Origin: Verrucomicrobiota bacterium
Lineage (GTDB): Bacteria; Verrucomicrobiota; Verrucomicrobiia; Limisphaerales; Palsa-1400
NCBI GenBank assembly: GCA_049510745.1
Contig: JBEKYR010000041.1
Coordinates: forward strand, 1 to 50,055
DNA length: 50,055 nt
Direction: 5' to 3'
This document shows, piece after piece, positions 27,614-37,211 of this stretch. The position numbers were made by a program, and so were the translations under genes. The notes under the pieces were generated by a model. That model ran no database searches. It was not told the DNA's origin and saw only the letters and a program-made list of their open reading frames with translations. Every line of letters begins with the position of its first letter. Within the stretch, counting starts at the first letter, position 1.

Positions 27614-27870
27614 ACTCAGCCGGAAATACCAACTTCCGAGGACCGACCTTTGACTTTGACTTTAAGCTGTTTCAACCCGTTGCACACCATCGCTTGCCAC
27701 ACGCGCAAACCATTGATAATGAATCTGTTGTATCGGTTCATGCCGGTTTTCCCCCTGTCGCAAAGGGCCGAGGTTCCGACCCCAAAAGTAGCACAAAAAG
27801 TAGCACAGACCAAAAACAGACCCAAAAACAACCCTAGAAACAACAAAAAGCTTATCTAAGCGCCATTCTG

Positions 27871-27885
27871 GTTTGACCCCTTTGA
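27871..27885. repeat. TGACCCC-type end motif GTTTGACCCCTTTGA
   Basis: Exact match to 6349-6363. Confidence 0.7.
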
Positions 27886-27954
27886 CCGCAATTTTCCTAC
27901 ACGTTCCGCCCGCGCCAACGGCCCAAGCGGCAGCGCGTCAAACGCGGGCCGCGA

Positions 27955-28791
27955 TTACTGGCTCAACCGGTAAAACGTCTGGGTAAGCGAGATCGCATTA
28001 GTCACCGTGTTCTGCCCGTTGATGACGACCGGTCCTGGAGAAACCGTACTCCAGGCCGCCACGGAAACTAGGTTCGTGGTGGATTGCAAAGTGAACCCGG
28101 CGACATTGGTCGGCCACGTCAAAATTACATCCGCGCCGGAACGTATTATCGCCAACTGAGACGAAATATTCGAAGCAGTGACCGAGAAATTACTAAACGC
28201 AACCTCAACTCCTGGAGTAATACCGGCCGGCCAGATGGAAAGCTCAATGCTGACAGCCGATGAGATGCCAGAATCAGTAGAGCCAATTTGTGTCCAGGAA
28301 CCGCTGTTCAAATAATAGCCAGTGGTCACAGTGCCGATTCTTTCAATTTTCAACGTGCCGTTCACATCACTGGTTGGAGCGGAGATATTGATCACGTGAT
28401 TTACATCGGTCGTATACGTCTCACCGCCAAAGCCATTGTCGCTAATTCGCTCCACTGCACCAACGGAAGTGCGAATCCCAAGCCGTTCCCCATTATTGTA
28501 GGGCCAATAAAGCAGTGCATAGTCTACAGCGGCAGAAAAGTCGCCCTGAGACATAAAACTCAAGACAAGATTGGCATCGCCAGAGGTCCCCTGCGTCATT
28601 ACAACGCTTCCATTGGTGAGAGCCACGGTGCAATTACCACTACTGGTGTCAACCGTCCACCACAGCGGGTTAAGGGTTTCTTCGCTCAAGCTATCAGAAA
28701 AAGTGTTTGCCATTGTGGTTGAACCTGGGCACAGAAAAACCAACATTGTTATTAGTAGGCTGCTCGCTTTCAATATGCTTGCTGTTTTCAT
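27955..28791 (-). CDS. Secreted beta-rich protein with C-terminal FYR domain (lower-GC cargo)
   Basis: Signal peptide; 'VILTWPTNVAGFTLQSTTNL...TFYRLSQ'. Confidence 0.8.
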   Translation of the reverse strand: MKTASILKASSLLITMLVFLCPGSTTMANTFSDSLSEETLNPLWWTVDTSSGNCTVALTNGSVVMTQGTSGDANLVLSFMSQGDFSAAVDYALLYWPYNNGERLGIRTSVGAVERISDNGFGGETYTTDVNHVINISAPTSDVNGTLKIERIGTVTTGYYLNSGSWTQIGSTDSGISSAVSIELSIWPAGITPGVEVAFSNFSVTASNISSQLAIIRSGADVILTWPTNVAGFTLQSTTNLVSVAAWSTVSPGPVVINGQNTVTNAISLTQTFYRLSQ

Positions 28792-29223
28792 GGTCGATGA
28801 GTTAGGTTATGATATAATTGAGACTTTCTTATGAATGGGTCAGTTCTTGGTTTTGGTAACTCTCGCAACATTCTGCTTTCGATTTGTAGGCAAGGGTAAA
28901 AAATTGGCGGCAGCCCTTCGTAAAACGCCCCAGCCGTCCCGAAAATGTTGGCGGTGACGGAAGTTGGTCCGATTGGGATCCAAAAATGGCGGGCGAGTTG
29001 ACGCCATCAGTGAGACTTCGGATTGTTGTGGCCCGGTTCTTCATGCGTTGCTTTTTACATTATTTACATTATCAAGAGTCGCATCCGCGCGTCAATTTTT
29101 ATTTTCGTGATTTAACCACGGAGGGTGCAGGACAAACTGGTTTGAGATTTGAAGGGTTCATTAGGCAGCGAAGGCCAGGCTGGGGGTCGCGTTGCTTTGG
29201 TGCTTCCAAATGTTGCGGCCTGT

Positions 29224-29514
29224 GGGGTCACATCTAAACATTCGATTCTGCTGAAAAAACCCCCTGTTTTGAAAATTCACCAAATCCAGGAAATAGAGTC
29301 AAGTAGAGGAATTGCCAGGATCGATTGTGGGCGGCTTTTTCTGAGTGATGGGAGTGTTTTGGTGGTGTTTTCAAGTGTTTCTTTTTGACCATGGAAGGTT
29401 TTTCAGCAGAATCAACATTCAACAATTCGGCTGCCGATTAGAAGAATTGGGATCATGCCATTATCCTGTTTCTCCCGTCAAAGTCAGATGTCGAATGTTT
29501 TAGGCTTGACTTCC
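29224..29514. mobile_element. Putative non-autonomous (MITE-like) element with GGGGTCA-type inverted ends
   Basis: GGGGTCACATCTAAACATTCGA ... TCGAATGTTTTAGGCTTGACTTCC; internal 15-bp inverted repeat 29244-29258 / 29399-29413. Confidence 0.5.
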
Positions 29515-29581
29515 AGGCTTCCCTTTAAGGCGGCGTTACCGCCGAGCGATGACCTATACAATTGGGTAGGAGAGCGAAGAA

Positions 29582-29630
29582 GCGGTCGGCGAGGGCGCCG
29601 ACCGCTGCACGCGAGGGCGCGTGCGCTCCC
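29582..29630. repeat. REP-like double hairpin (same family as 15073-15298)
   Basis: GCGGTCGGCGAGGGCGCCGACCGC-TGCACGCGAGGGCGCGTGCGCTCCC. Confidence 0.8.
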
Positions 29631-29726
29631 CGGGATGTACTGCAACGGTTCTTGGGTCAAGCCGCTCACGCAATTGCGGCCGGCGCCAAGTCTTGCGGGT
29701 CCTACATGACGCAGCGACAATGACGC

Positions 29727-31130
29727 TCATTTGCCCGGTTCCACGATGCTGCGCACTTCGCCGGCTTTGAGTTTGGTCCGCAATTTCTGGCCGGGGCGCG
29801 TGGAGCGGGCCGAGCGGATAACCTCGCCACTGGCGGCGTCCAGGGTGATCGAGTAGCCGCGCGCCAGGACTTGATCGGGGGCGAGCAGGCGCAGGCGCGC
29901 CGCCAGCGCGTCGCAATGCTGGCGCCGGGATTGCAGTTGCCGTCCGGCTTGCTCGCATAAGCGGCGCCGCGTCTGGCGCAACAATTCGCCCCGCCGCGCC
30001 AGGGCCTGGCTCGGTCGCACCCGGCCCAGGCGCAGCCCCAGGTTGCGCGCGGCCAGTTGCAGCTTTTGCAGGCCGCTTCGGACGCGGCGCGAGAGGGTGG
30101 TCTGCAAATCGTCCAGCCGTTGCAGGCGCTGGTTTAATTGCCGGCGCGGGTGAGCCGCCAGGAGGCGCTGGCCCAGTTGATGGCAATGCCGTTGTTCGGC
30201 GGCCAGCCGGCGGCGCAGGCCCTCGCGCATTTGGCCGCGCGCCTGCGCGATCCATTTGCCGCTCGCAAACACCGCTTCCGTCAGGATTTCCGCCGCCGCG
30301 CTCGGCGTGGCCGCGCGCAGGTCAGCCACAAAATCGCTGATTGTAAAGTCGATTTCGTGTCCGACGGCGGAAACGACCGGGACGGCCGAATGAAAAATGG
30401 CGCGCGCCACGATTTCCTCGTTGAAGGCCCACAAGTCTTCGAGGCTGCCGCCGCCGCGCGTGATTAAAATGACATCCAGTTTGCGGCCCGGAAGGAGCGA
30501 CCATTGGTTGAGCAGGGCGATGCTGGCGGCGATTTCCGCCGCGGCGCCCGCGCCTTGGACGGCGCATGGGGCCAGAATGATTTGCAGGGCCGGGTTGCGG
30601 CGTTGCACGACGTGCAGCACGTCGCGAATAGCCGCGCCGGACGGGGAAGTCGCCAGGCCGATGCGTTGCGGAAATGGCGGCAGCGGCCTTTTTCGTCCGG
30701 GGGCGAAGAGGCCCTCGGCGGCGAGCTTGAGCTTGAGTTTTTCAAACGCGGCCTGGAGCGCGCCCACGCCCTGCAATTCCACCGCCAGCACGCGCAATTG
30801 GTATTGGCCGCGCGGCTCATAGACCGTCAGTTCGCCTTTGACAATCACCTGCCGTCCGTCCTGCAAGGCGGCGCGGTCCGCGACGGGATCGCCGCGGAAG
30901 ACGACGCAATTGATTTGAGCGGCGGCGTCTTTGAGGGTGAAATAAACGTGGCCGGAGGACTGGGCGCGGCAATTGGTGATTTCGCCGGCGACCCAGACCT
31001 GGCCGAGATGTTTTTCCAGGAGGCGGCGGATGTCGGCGGTCAACTGGCTGACGGAGAAAACGCGGCGGGTGGCGGGCTGGGGAAAGAGTTCGCCGCCAAA
31101 ATCCCATTGAGATGACATTGGCTTCGGCAT
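29727..31130 (-). CDS. xseA: Exodeoxyribonuclease VII large subunit
   Basis: 'SGHVYFTLKD', 'RGGGSLEDLWAFNEE', 'SAVGHEIDFTISDFVADLRAATPSAAAE', 'LARGYS'; start approximate. Confidence 0.95.
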   Translation of the reverse strand: MPKPMSSQWDFGGELFPQPATRRVFSVSQLTADIRRLLEKHLGQVWVAGEITNCRAQSSGHVYFTLKDAAAQINCVVFRGDPVADRAALQDGRQVIVKGELTVYEPRGQYQLRVLAVELQGVGALQAAFEKLKLKLAAEGLFAPGRKRPLPPFPQRIGLATSPSGAAIRDVLHVVQRRNPALQIILAPCAVQGAGAAAEIAASIALLNQWSLLPGRKLDVILITRGGGSLEDLWAFNEEIVARAIFHSAVPVVSAVGHEIDFTISDFVADLRAATPSAAAEILTEAVFASGKWIAQARGQMREGLRRRLAAEQRHCHQLGQRLLAAHPRRQLNQRLQRLDDLQTTLSRRVRSGLQKLQLAARNLGLRLGRVRPSQALARRGELLRQTRRRLCEQAGRQLQSRRQHCDALAARLRLLAPDQVLARGYSITLDAASGEVIRSARSTRPGQKLRTKLKAGEVRSIVEPGK

Positions 31131-31140
31131 GGGGTCGCGC

Positions 31141-31923
31141 TCAGGGCAGCGGCTCGGAAATGCGTTCAATGGACTGGGCGCGGCCGGACTCGGGGTCGAT
31201 GCGCACGAGGGCCCCTTGCAAGAGGACGCGCCCGCTGGCGACGCCGAATTTTTGCGGGGTGTTGGTGCAGAAGCGCTGGATAACCGGCTCGATTTCCCGT
31301 CCCAGCACGCTTTCGTGGGGGCCGGTGAAGCCGGCGTCTGTCAAGTAGGCGGTGCCGCCGGGGAAAATCTGTTCGTCGGCCGTTTGCACGTGGGTATGGG
31401 TGCCGATGACGGCGCTGACCTGGCCGTCGAGCATGCGGGCCAGGGCGATTTTTTCCGAGGTGGCTTCGGCGTGCATGTCCACGAAGATGATTTTGGCCAA
31501 CTGGCGCAGGCGGGCCACTTCGGACCGGGCGCAGAGGAAGGGATTCTCCAACGGCGGCAGGAAGGTGCGGCCCTGGAGATTGAGCACGGCCACCGGCGGC
31601 AGCCCTTCCGACCACCAGACGGTGCTCCCCTGGCCAAGGGTGCCGGCGGGATAATTGAAGGGACGCAGAAAGCGGGCCTCGGTTTGCAGGAGCAGATTGA
31701 CTTCCTTCTGGTCCCAAAGATGGTCCCCGGTGGTGATGATGTTGACGCCGGCGTCCAGGATTTCGGAGGCGGTATTGACCGTGATTCCCGCGCCGCCGGC
31801 GGCGTTTTCCCCGTTGGCGACCACGATGTCGATCTGATGCCTCTGGCGCAACGCCGGCAGAAGCATGCGCAGCGCGTGCCGCCCCGGCTCACCGACAATG
31901 TCGCCGACAAAAAGAAGATTCAC
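31141..31923 (-). CDS. YmdB-like (TIGR00282) metallophosphoesterase
   Basis: 'GDIVG', 'NGENAAGG', 'DMHAEATSEK', 'GTHTHVQTAD'. Confidence 0.93.
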   Translation of the reverse strand: MNLLFVGDIVGEPGRHALRMLLPALRQRHQIDIVVANGENAAGGAGITVNTASEILDAGVNIITTGDHLWDQKEVNLLLQTEARFLRPFNYPAGTLGQGSTVWWSEGLPPVAVLNLQGRTFLPPLENPFLCARSEVARLRQLAKIIFVDMHAEATSEKIALARMLDGQVSAVIGTHTHVQTADEQIFPGGTAYLTDAGFTGPHESVLGREIEPVIQRFCTNTPQKFGVASGRVLLQGALVRIDPESGRAQSIERISEPLP

Positions 31924-31961
31924 GGAACAAAGCTTAACCCGCGCCGAAGGGCTGGCAAGCC

Positions 31962-32759
31962 TTAGCCCTGCGGTGTTTTCCGGCTGCGCGGACGGCGGCA
32001 GGCGAAGACCAGGGCCGATAGCCCGGCCAGAATCATCACATCCGGCTCGGGCGAGGCGATCTGCGGGATCGGCGTCGGCGGACGCAAGCTCTCTTCGGAC
32101 ATGACATCCTGCGGACCCACGGGTTCGGCGCCCGGAGCCGCGTCGATGCCACCCGAAGCATCGGAAAACTCGACTTTCGCAGGGCCTCGGGAAGAAACCG
32201 GCACAACGGACTGCGGTGGAGTTTCATACACCTGGATCGGCTCCGTCGCAGGCGCCAGGTCGGGACGGGGCGACCAAGTTGCGACATCATCGCTCATGTC
32301 CAAGGGCTGGCCCTGCCGCGGCCAGGTCGTTCCGCTCTGCGGCGGCGTCCAGGTTTCCTCCGCGTCAGCAACCGGCGTCAAGCGGAGTTTAAATGTTTCA
32401 GAAACAGTGGAAACCGGCACGGGATAGTCGGCGGGATCAAATTTGCCATCCACTTCTCGAGTATGAAAGAGCTGTTTCCGTTGCCTGGCCCAACGATCCG
32501 ATCCTTCAGAGAGCCAAAGACTCAGGTGCAGGATCGAACTGGCGGTCGCGTGCGGGGCATTGTCCTTTTCCTGGCTGGTGGCTTGGAGCGCAGGCTGGCC
32601 GCCGGAATCGGCTCCTTCCGGGTGCAGGGCCGATTGGGCGCGCGCGGTTGGGCCGCCCAGGAGCAATGCCATGAGGAGCGTACCCGATAGGGGAATCCTC
32701 CAGCCCCCTGACTTGCCGGGCGGGAAGGCGGATTTAAATTTCCTGGTTTTTATGTTCAC
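31962..32759 (-). CDS. PEP-CTERM-like sorted protein
   Basis: Signal peptide; C-terminal 'SPEP' + TM helix + RRPRSRK. Confidence 0.7.
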   Translation of the reverse strand: MNIKTRKFKSAFPPGKSGGWRIPLSGTLLMALLLGGPTARAQSALHPEGADSGGQPALQATSQEKDNAPHATASSILHLSLWLSEGSDRWARQRKQLFHTREVDGKFDPADYPVPVSTVSETFKLRLTPVADAEETWTPPQSGTTWPRQGQPLDMSDDVATWSPRPDLAPATEPIQVYETPPQSVVPVSSRGPAKVEFSDASGGIDAAPGAEPVGPQDVMSEESLRPPTPIPQIASPEPDVMILAGLSALVFACRRPRSRKTPQG

Positions 32760-32929
32760 CTAACCACCAAGAATATCAGCCATGCGCGCCTGAACGCAAG
32801 TGATTCCCGCAAGAATTTCGTGTTGCCCGGGCTGACCGGAGGCGCCCGCCGGGGCGCCCGGGGCGCCGAGCGCATCGTTCACGCCCACTTTCCCTCGACA
32901 AGGCGGCGCCCATTGGGTAAACAGGGCGC

Positions 32930-33745
32930 GTGGAACAGGGTTCCCCAAGTCTATTATTGTTGATTCCGGCTTACAATGAGGAGCGCCGGATTGGCCCCGT
33001 CCTGCGCCAGTACGCGGAGTTTTTCCGCAAGAACTATGACGGGAAGTTTCAACTGGTGGTGGTCCTCAACGGCTGCCGCGACCATACCCTGGCCCTGGTG
33101 CAACAGGTGGCGGCGGAGTTCCCCGAAGTCAGCGCGGTCGAATTCCCGGCCCCCATCGGCAAGGGCGGCGCGCTCATCGAGGGTCTCAAGCTGGCCCCGC
33201 GCGCCGATTTAGTCGGCTACGTGGATGCCGATGGGGCGACGGAACCGCCCGCGTTTCTGGAGTTGGTGCGGCACGCGGGGGAAGCCGATTGCGTCATCGG
33301 CTCGCGCTGGATTCCGGGCGCGGTGCTCCACCAGATGCAATCGGGCCGGCGCCGTTTTGCCAGCCGGATTTTTCATGCGGTGGTGCAGGTTCTTTTCCGC
33401 ATGAACATCACCGACACCCAATGCGGGGCCAAAGTCATGCGGCGGGCCGCCGTCGAGAAGGTGCATGCCTCGCTCTGCATCGCCGACATGGCCTTCGACA
33501 TCAATCTGCTCTATTTGCTCAAGCGCAACGGCTGCGTCATCCTGGAAGTGCCGACGGAATGGACCGACAAGGAAGGATCGAAAGTGGCGTTGGGGCGGAC
33601 CTCGACGACCATGCTCTTGTCGGTCATCCGCCTGCGTTGGATTTATTCGCCGTTCAAGGGCCTGCGCGGCCTCTTTACTCCTTTGGAGAATTGGCTCTAT
33701 CAAAAATTGCGCGCGCCGCCGCCGAATCCCGATCCGAAACCCTAG
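32930..33745 (+). CDS. Glycosyltransferase family 2 (dolichol-P sugar synthase-like)
   Basis: 'IPAYNEE', 'GKGGA', 'DADG', 'DTQCGAK'. Confidence 0.92.
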   Translation: MEQGSPSLLLLIPAYNEERRIGPVLRQYAEFFRKNYDGKFQLVVVLNGCRDHTLALVQQVAAEFPEVSAVEFPAPIGKGGALIEGLKLAPRADLVGYVDADGATEPPAFLELVRHAGEADCVIGSRWIPGAVLHQMQSGRRRFASRIFHAVVQVLFRMNITDTQCGAKVMRRAAVEKVHASLCIADMAFDINLLYLLKRNGCVILEVPTEWTDKEGSKVALGRTSTTMLLSVIRLRWIYSPFKGLRGLFTPLENWLYQKLRAPPPNPDPKP

Positions 33746-35012
33746 CCGCCGCCTTGGGCCGCGAGAACCAGACCGCCAACCCGCACAGCAGCAAGCCAGC
33801 CAGTCCGAGCGTTTGGATGACCCGGATGAAGGCGTCGAACGGCGGCATCCGCACCAGGGCCGGCGCCTGAAAACAAAGCGCCGCCCCGTACAGCCCCGGC
33901 ACCAGCACCAGCCAGGGCACGGCTCCAAAGCGGGCCCGGGCCAGGATGTTTTGCACCAGCACATTGGCCACCGTCAGCGGGAGCAAAGCCCAGGCGAACC
34001 ACGGCACCAGCGGGGCGGCATTCCACATTTCCCGGTTGCTTAGGTACATCAGGCGCAGGGGCAATTTCGGAAAAACCGTGCAGCCCACCGCCGCCACGCA
34101 ACCGAAGGTCACTGTGGCCGCCAAAGTCATTTTCAGGCTGTCGCTCCGTTCCGAGCGCGCCACGCTTTGGGCCACGCGGGCGAACATCACCATCGCCACC
34201 GGCGCGATGAATTGGAGGATGGCGTAGCCCGTGAGCATCGCTCCGCCATAAAGGGCCGTTTGCCGCGTGTCGGCGAAGAGGCCCTGCACAAAGACCATGT
34301 CCATGCTGGACATCAGCAGCACCGTGCCCAGGCCGAGGGTCAGCGGAATGGCTTCGCTGAGCCATCCCCGGGCGTCAAAGGAAACCGCCGGCCGCGCCCG
34401 CCAGATCGAAGCGGTCAGAACCAATCCGATGACCACCGTGATCAACTGGCCGGCCAGGGCCGCGAACATCGCCCCCGCCGCTTTGCCGCCGAGCACGAAG
34501 ATGACCAGCAACATCACAAAAAATCGGCCCACCCCGTCGGTGATCTGCAGCCAGCCCAATCCGCCAAAGCGATGCTGGCCCTGCAACAGCCCTTTCACAA
34601 TCGGTATCCACAGGCTGGTCAGGCAGAGCAACACCGTGAAATAAAGCGCGGCCGGATGGCTGACCTTGAGCAGATGCGACAAGGGCCGCGCCGCCGCCAG
34701 CACCGCCAGGGCGGAAGCCAGCCAGATGAGGAACGTCCCCGCCAGAATCGCCCGCGTGGTGGCGATCAACTGCTGCTCCTGGCGCTCGCCGGTCACGGAC
34801 GCCGTCTGCCCGGCGAAGACCGTCTGCAAGGCGGCCGACGGAATGCCCATGATGATGAGCAGGCGCAGGAGCGTGACAAAGGTGGAATACTCCTCCGGCC
34901 CCATTCTGCGCGCGACGGTGTGGACCAGCGTCATGAAAAAGCCGCCCGCGAACGTGGCCGTCACCATCCAACTGCTTTGCCGGAAAAAGGCGGATTTGCG
35001 GTTCACACTCAT
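33675..35012 (-). CDS. Oligosaccharide flippase (Wzx/MOP-like)
   Basis: About 12 TM helices; 'RRMGPEEY', 'GLLQGQHRF'; 3' end overlaps the convergent GT2 gene. Confidence 0.8.
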   Translation of the reverse strand: MSVNRKSAFFRQSSWMVTATFAGGFFMTLVHTVARRMGPEEYSTFVTLLRLLIIMGIPSAALQTVFAGQTASVTGERQEQQLIATTRAILAGTFLIWLASALAVLAAARPLSHLLKVSHPAALYFTVLLCLTSLWIPIVKGLLQGQHRFGGLGWLQITDGVGRFFVMLLVIFVLGGKAAGAMFAALAGQLITVVIGLVLTASIWRARPAVSFDARGWLSEAIPLTLGLGTVLLMSSMDMVFVQGLFADTRQTALYGGAMLTGYAILQFIAPVAMVMFARVAQSVARSERSDSLKMTLAATVTFGCVAAVGCTVFPKLPLRLMYLSNREMWNAAPLVPWFAWALLPLTVANVLVQNILARARFGAVPWLVLVPGLYGAALCFQAPALVRMPPFDAFIRVIQTLGLAGLLLCGLAVWFSRPKAAARVSDRDSAAARAIFDRANSPKE

Positions 35013-35018
35013 CGTTGA

Positions 35019-36149
35019 TTACGGCAGCGAGAGGAAAAACTTGAGGAGAAGTTGCGCGGCCCTTTCCAGGGATTCTTGCGCAATCCATTCGTCGGCCGTG
35101 TGCGCCTGGGCGATGTCGCCGGGGCCGAAGACAACGCTGGCCAGGCCGGCCCGGGCCAGGACGGCGGCATCGCAAAAATAGTTGACTCCGCCGGGTTCCT
35201 TTTGCCCGAGAGTGTGGAGGAACTTTTGCACCAGCGGCAGGCGCGGGTCCGTTTGCAGCGGCGGACAGGCGGAGGATTTTTCGCTCTGGAGAGACGCCCG
35301 CAAGCCGTGGCGGCGGAGCAGTGCTCTCAGCTCGCGGAGCACCGACCGGTCGGTTTCTCCCGGCAGCGTGCGGCGGTCGGCGCAAGCCACGCACAAGGCG
35401 GGGACGATGTTGGGCTGGGCGCCGCCGTGAATGGAACCGACGCTCACGGTGGCCGGCCCCAGCAGCGGATGACGGCGCCGCCGCAATTGCCGGGCGTACT
35501 CGGTCTCCAGGAGATCGACAATGCGGGACATTTCATGGACGGCGTTTTTGCCCAGATTTGGGCAGGACCCGTGCGCGGCCTTGCCCCGGGTGGACAGGCG
35601 CAGCCACAGGCTGCCTTTGTGCGCGGTCACCAATCGCAGCCGGGTCGGTTCACCGACGATGGCCAGATCGGCCCGCAACGCGCTCCGGCCCAGGGCGCGC
35701 GAACCGGCCTGCGCGTTTTCCTCGTCCACCAGACCGGCGAAGACCAGTTCGGTGGCCGCCGGCCGCCGTCCGTGGCGCGCCAGGCGGCTCAACGCCGCCA
35801 GCATCGCGGCGACCGACCCTTTGGTGTCGCAAGCGCCGCGCCCGTAAATCCGCCCGTGCCGCGTTTGCGGAATAAACTGGCCGTCGGAAAAGGCGGCGAC
35901 GGTGTCCAGATGCGGCGCCAGGAGAAGGCGCTGTTTGATTTTGCCCGCCGGCGTCAGGCGCGCGATCAGATTGGGCCGGCCGGGCGCCGCCTCCTGCCAG
36001 CCGACGTCCAATCCGGCGCGCGCCGCAGTCGCGGCCAGAAACTGCGCCACCCGCCCTTCGCCGGCGTGCGGATGGCCCGGCGGGAGGAAAGCGGGGTTGA
36101 CGCTGGGCAGCGCCACCAGTTCGCGCAGCAGTTGTTCGGTCTTGGTCAC
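35019..36149 (-). CDS. M20 family metallopeptidase (ArgE/DapE-like)
   Basis: 'HLDTV', 'YGRGACDTKG', 'VDEE', 'VGEPT', 'AHTADEW'. Confidence 0.9.
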   Translation of the reverse strand: MTKTEQLLRELVALPSVNPAFLPPGHPHAGEGRVAQFLAATAARAGLDVGWQEAAPGRPNLIARLTPAGKIKQRLLLAPHLDTVAAFSDGQFIPQTRHGRIYGRGACDTKGSVAAMLAALSRLARHGRRPAATELVFAGLVDEENAQAGSRALGRSALRADLAIVGEPTRLRLVTAHKGSLWLRLSTRGKAAHGSCPNLGKNAVHEMSRIVDLLETEYARQLRRRRHPLLGPATVSVGSIHGGAQPNIVPALCVACADRRTLPGETDRSVLRELRALLRRHGLRASLQSEKSSACPPLQTDPRLPLVQKFLHTLGQKEPGGVNYFCDAAVLARAGLASVVFGPGDIAQAHTADEWIAQESLERAAQLLLKFFLSLP

Positions 36150-36153
36150 AGAG

Positions 36154-37122
36154 TCAAGCGCATACTCCGGAGGGCCGCGCTTGTCGAAACCACTCCACAA
36201 AAAGCGCCATCCCCTCCTCGATCCCGATTTTCGGACGGTAGCCCAGCCGCCGCCGGGCCTTGTCAATGTCCGCATACGTCACGGGCACGTCGCCCGTTTG
36301 CGGCGGCAGGCGCTGGAGGAGGGCCTTCCGGCCGAGCGCCTTTTCCAGCAGCGCGATCAACTCATTTAACTTGACTGTGCGGGCCTCGCCCAGGTTGAAA
36401 ATCTCGAAGCCGAATTCCTGCCGCGTGCAGGCCAGGATCCCTTCCAGCGTGTCGGTGATGTAGGTGTAGTCGCGCGCGGTGGTGCCGTCGCCGAAGACGG
36501 GGATGGGCTGGCCGGCGTCGATCAATTGCGCGAACTTGTGGATGGCCAGGTCGGGCCGCTGGCGCGGGCCGTACACGGTGAAAAAACGAAGCATCGCCAC
36601 GTCCATCCCGTAAGCATGATGGTACACGTGGCCCAGCGCCTCGCAGGCCAGCTTGCTCGCCGCGTAGGGGGAGATCGGCGCGAAGACCGGGTCGCTCTCG
36701 CTGAAAGGGACCTTGGCGTTGACGCCATAAACGGAGGAGGAAGATGCGACGATGAGCTTGTTGACACGGTGGCGCCGGGCCGACTCCAGCAGATTCACCG
36801 TCCCCTCGACATTGACGCGATGGTAAAGGGCCGGGTCGCTGAAACTGGGCCGCACTCCGGCCCGCGCGGCCAGATGGATCACCTGGTCGAACTGGACGCT
36901 CTCAAAAAGCTGCTCGACACAAACGGGGTTCGTGAGGTCGCCCCGCACAAACTGGAACCGCCCACCCAGTTTCTCCAGAGCGGCGAGGTTCTGCTGCTTG
37001 AGGGCGACGGCGTAAAAGGGGTTCAGGTCGTCCAGCGTCCAGACGGCGTGGCCCAGACCCAGGAGCCGCTCGCAGACGTGCGAGCCGATAAACCCCGCGC
37101 CGCCGGTGACCAGAAAGTTCAT
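36154..37122 (-). CDS. NAD-dependent epimerase (UDP-glucuronate 4-epimerase-like)
   Basis: '[10 protein letters not shown]', 'HLAARAGVR', 'YAASK', 'RFFTVYGPRQRPDLA'. Confidence 0.93.
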   Translation of the reverse strand: MNFLVTGGAGFIGSHVCERLLGLGHAVWTLDDLNPFYAVALKQQNLAALEKLGGRFQFVRGDLTNPVCVEQLFESVQFDQVIHLAARAGVRPSFSDPALYHRVNVEGTVNLLESARRHRVNKLIVASSSSVYGVNAKVPFSESDPVFAPISPYAASKLACEALGHVYHHAYGMDVAMLRFFTVYGPRQRPDLAIHKFAQLIDAGQPIPVFGDGTTARDYTYITDTLEGILACTRQEFGFEIFNLGEARTVKLNELIALLEKALGRKALLQRLPPQTGDVPVTYADIDKARRRLGYRPKIGIEEGMALFVEWFRQARPSGVCA

Positions 37123-37169
37123 GGCCGCACGTTAAACCGCAAACTTTGAACTTTAAACTTTAAACTTTG
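36972..37169. repeat. 198-bp direct repeat, copy 1 (epimerase 5' end plus upstream)
   Basis: 8 mismatches versus 39473-39670 (offset 2501 bp). Confidence 0.95.
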
Positions 37170-37211
37170 CTCGAAAACTCCAGCTTCCCATCGCTTCTCA
37201 CCTATGGTAAC

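Noticed and set aside
27206..27859. 217-aa ORF
   Set aside because: Runs through tandem repeats, a palindrome and the direct repeat; composition is not protein-like.
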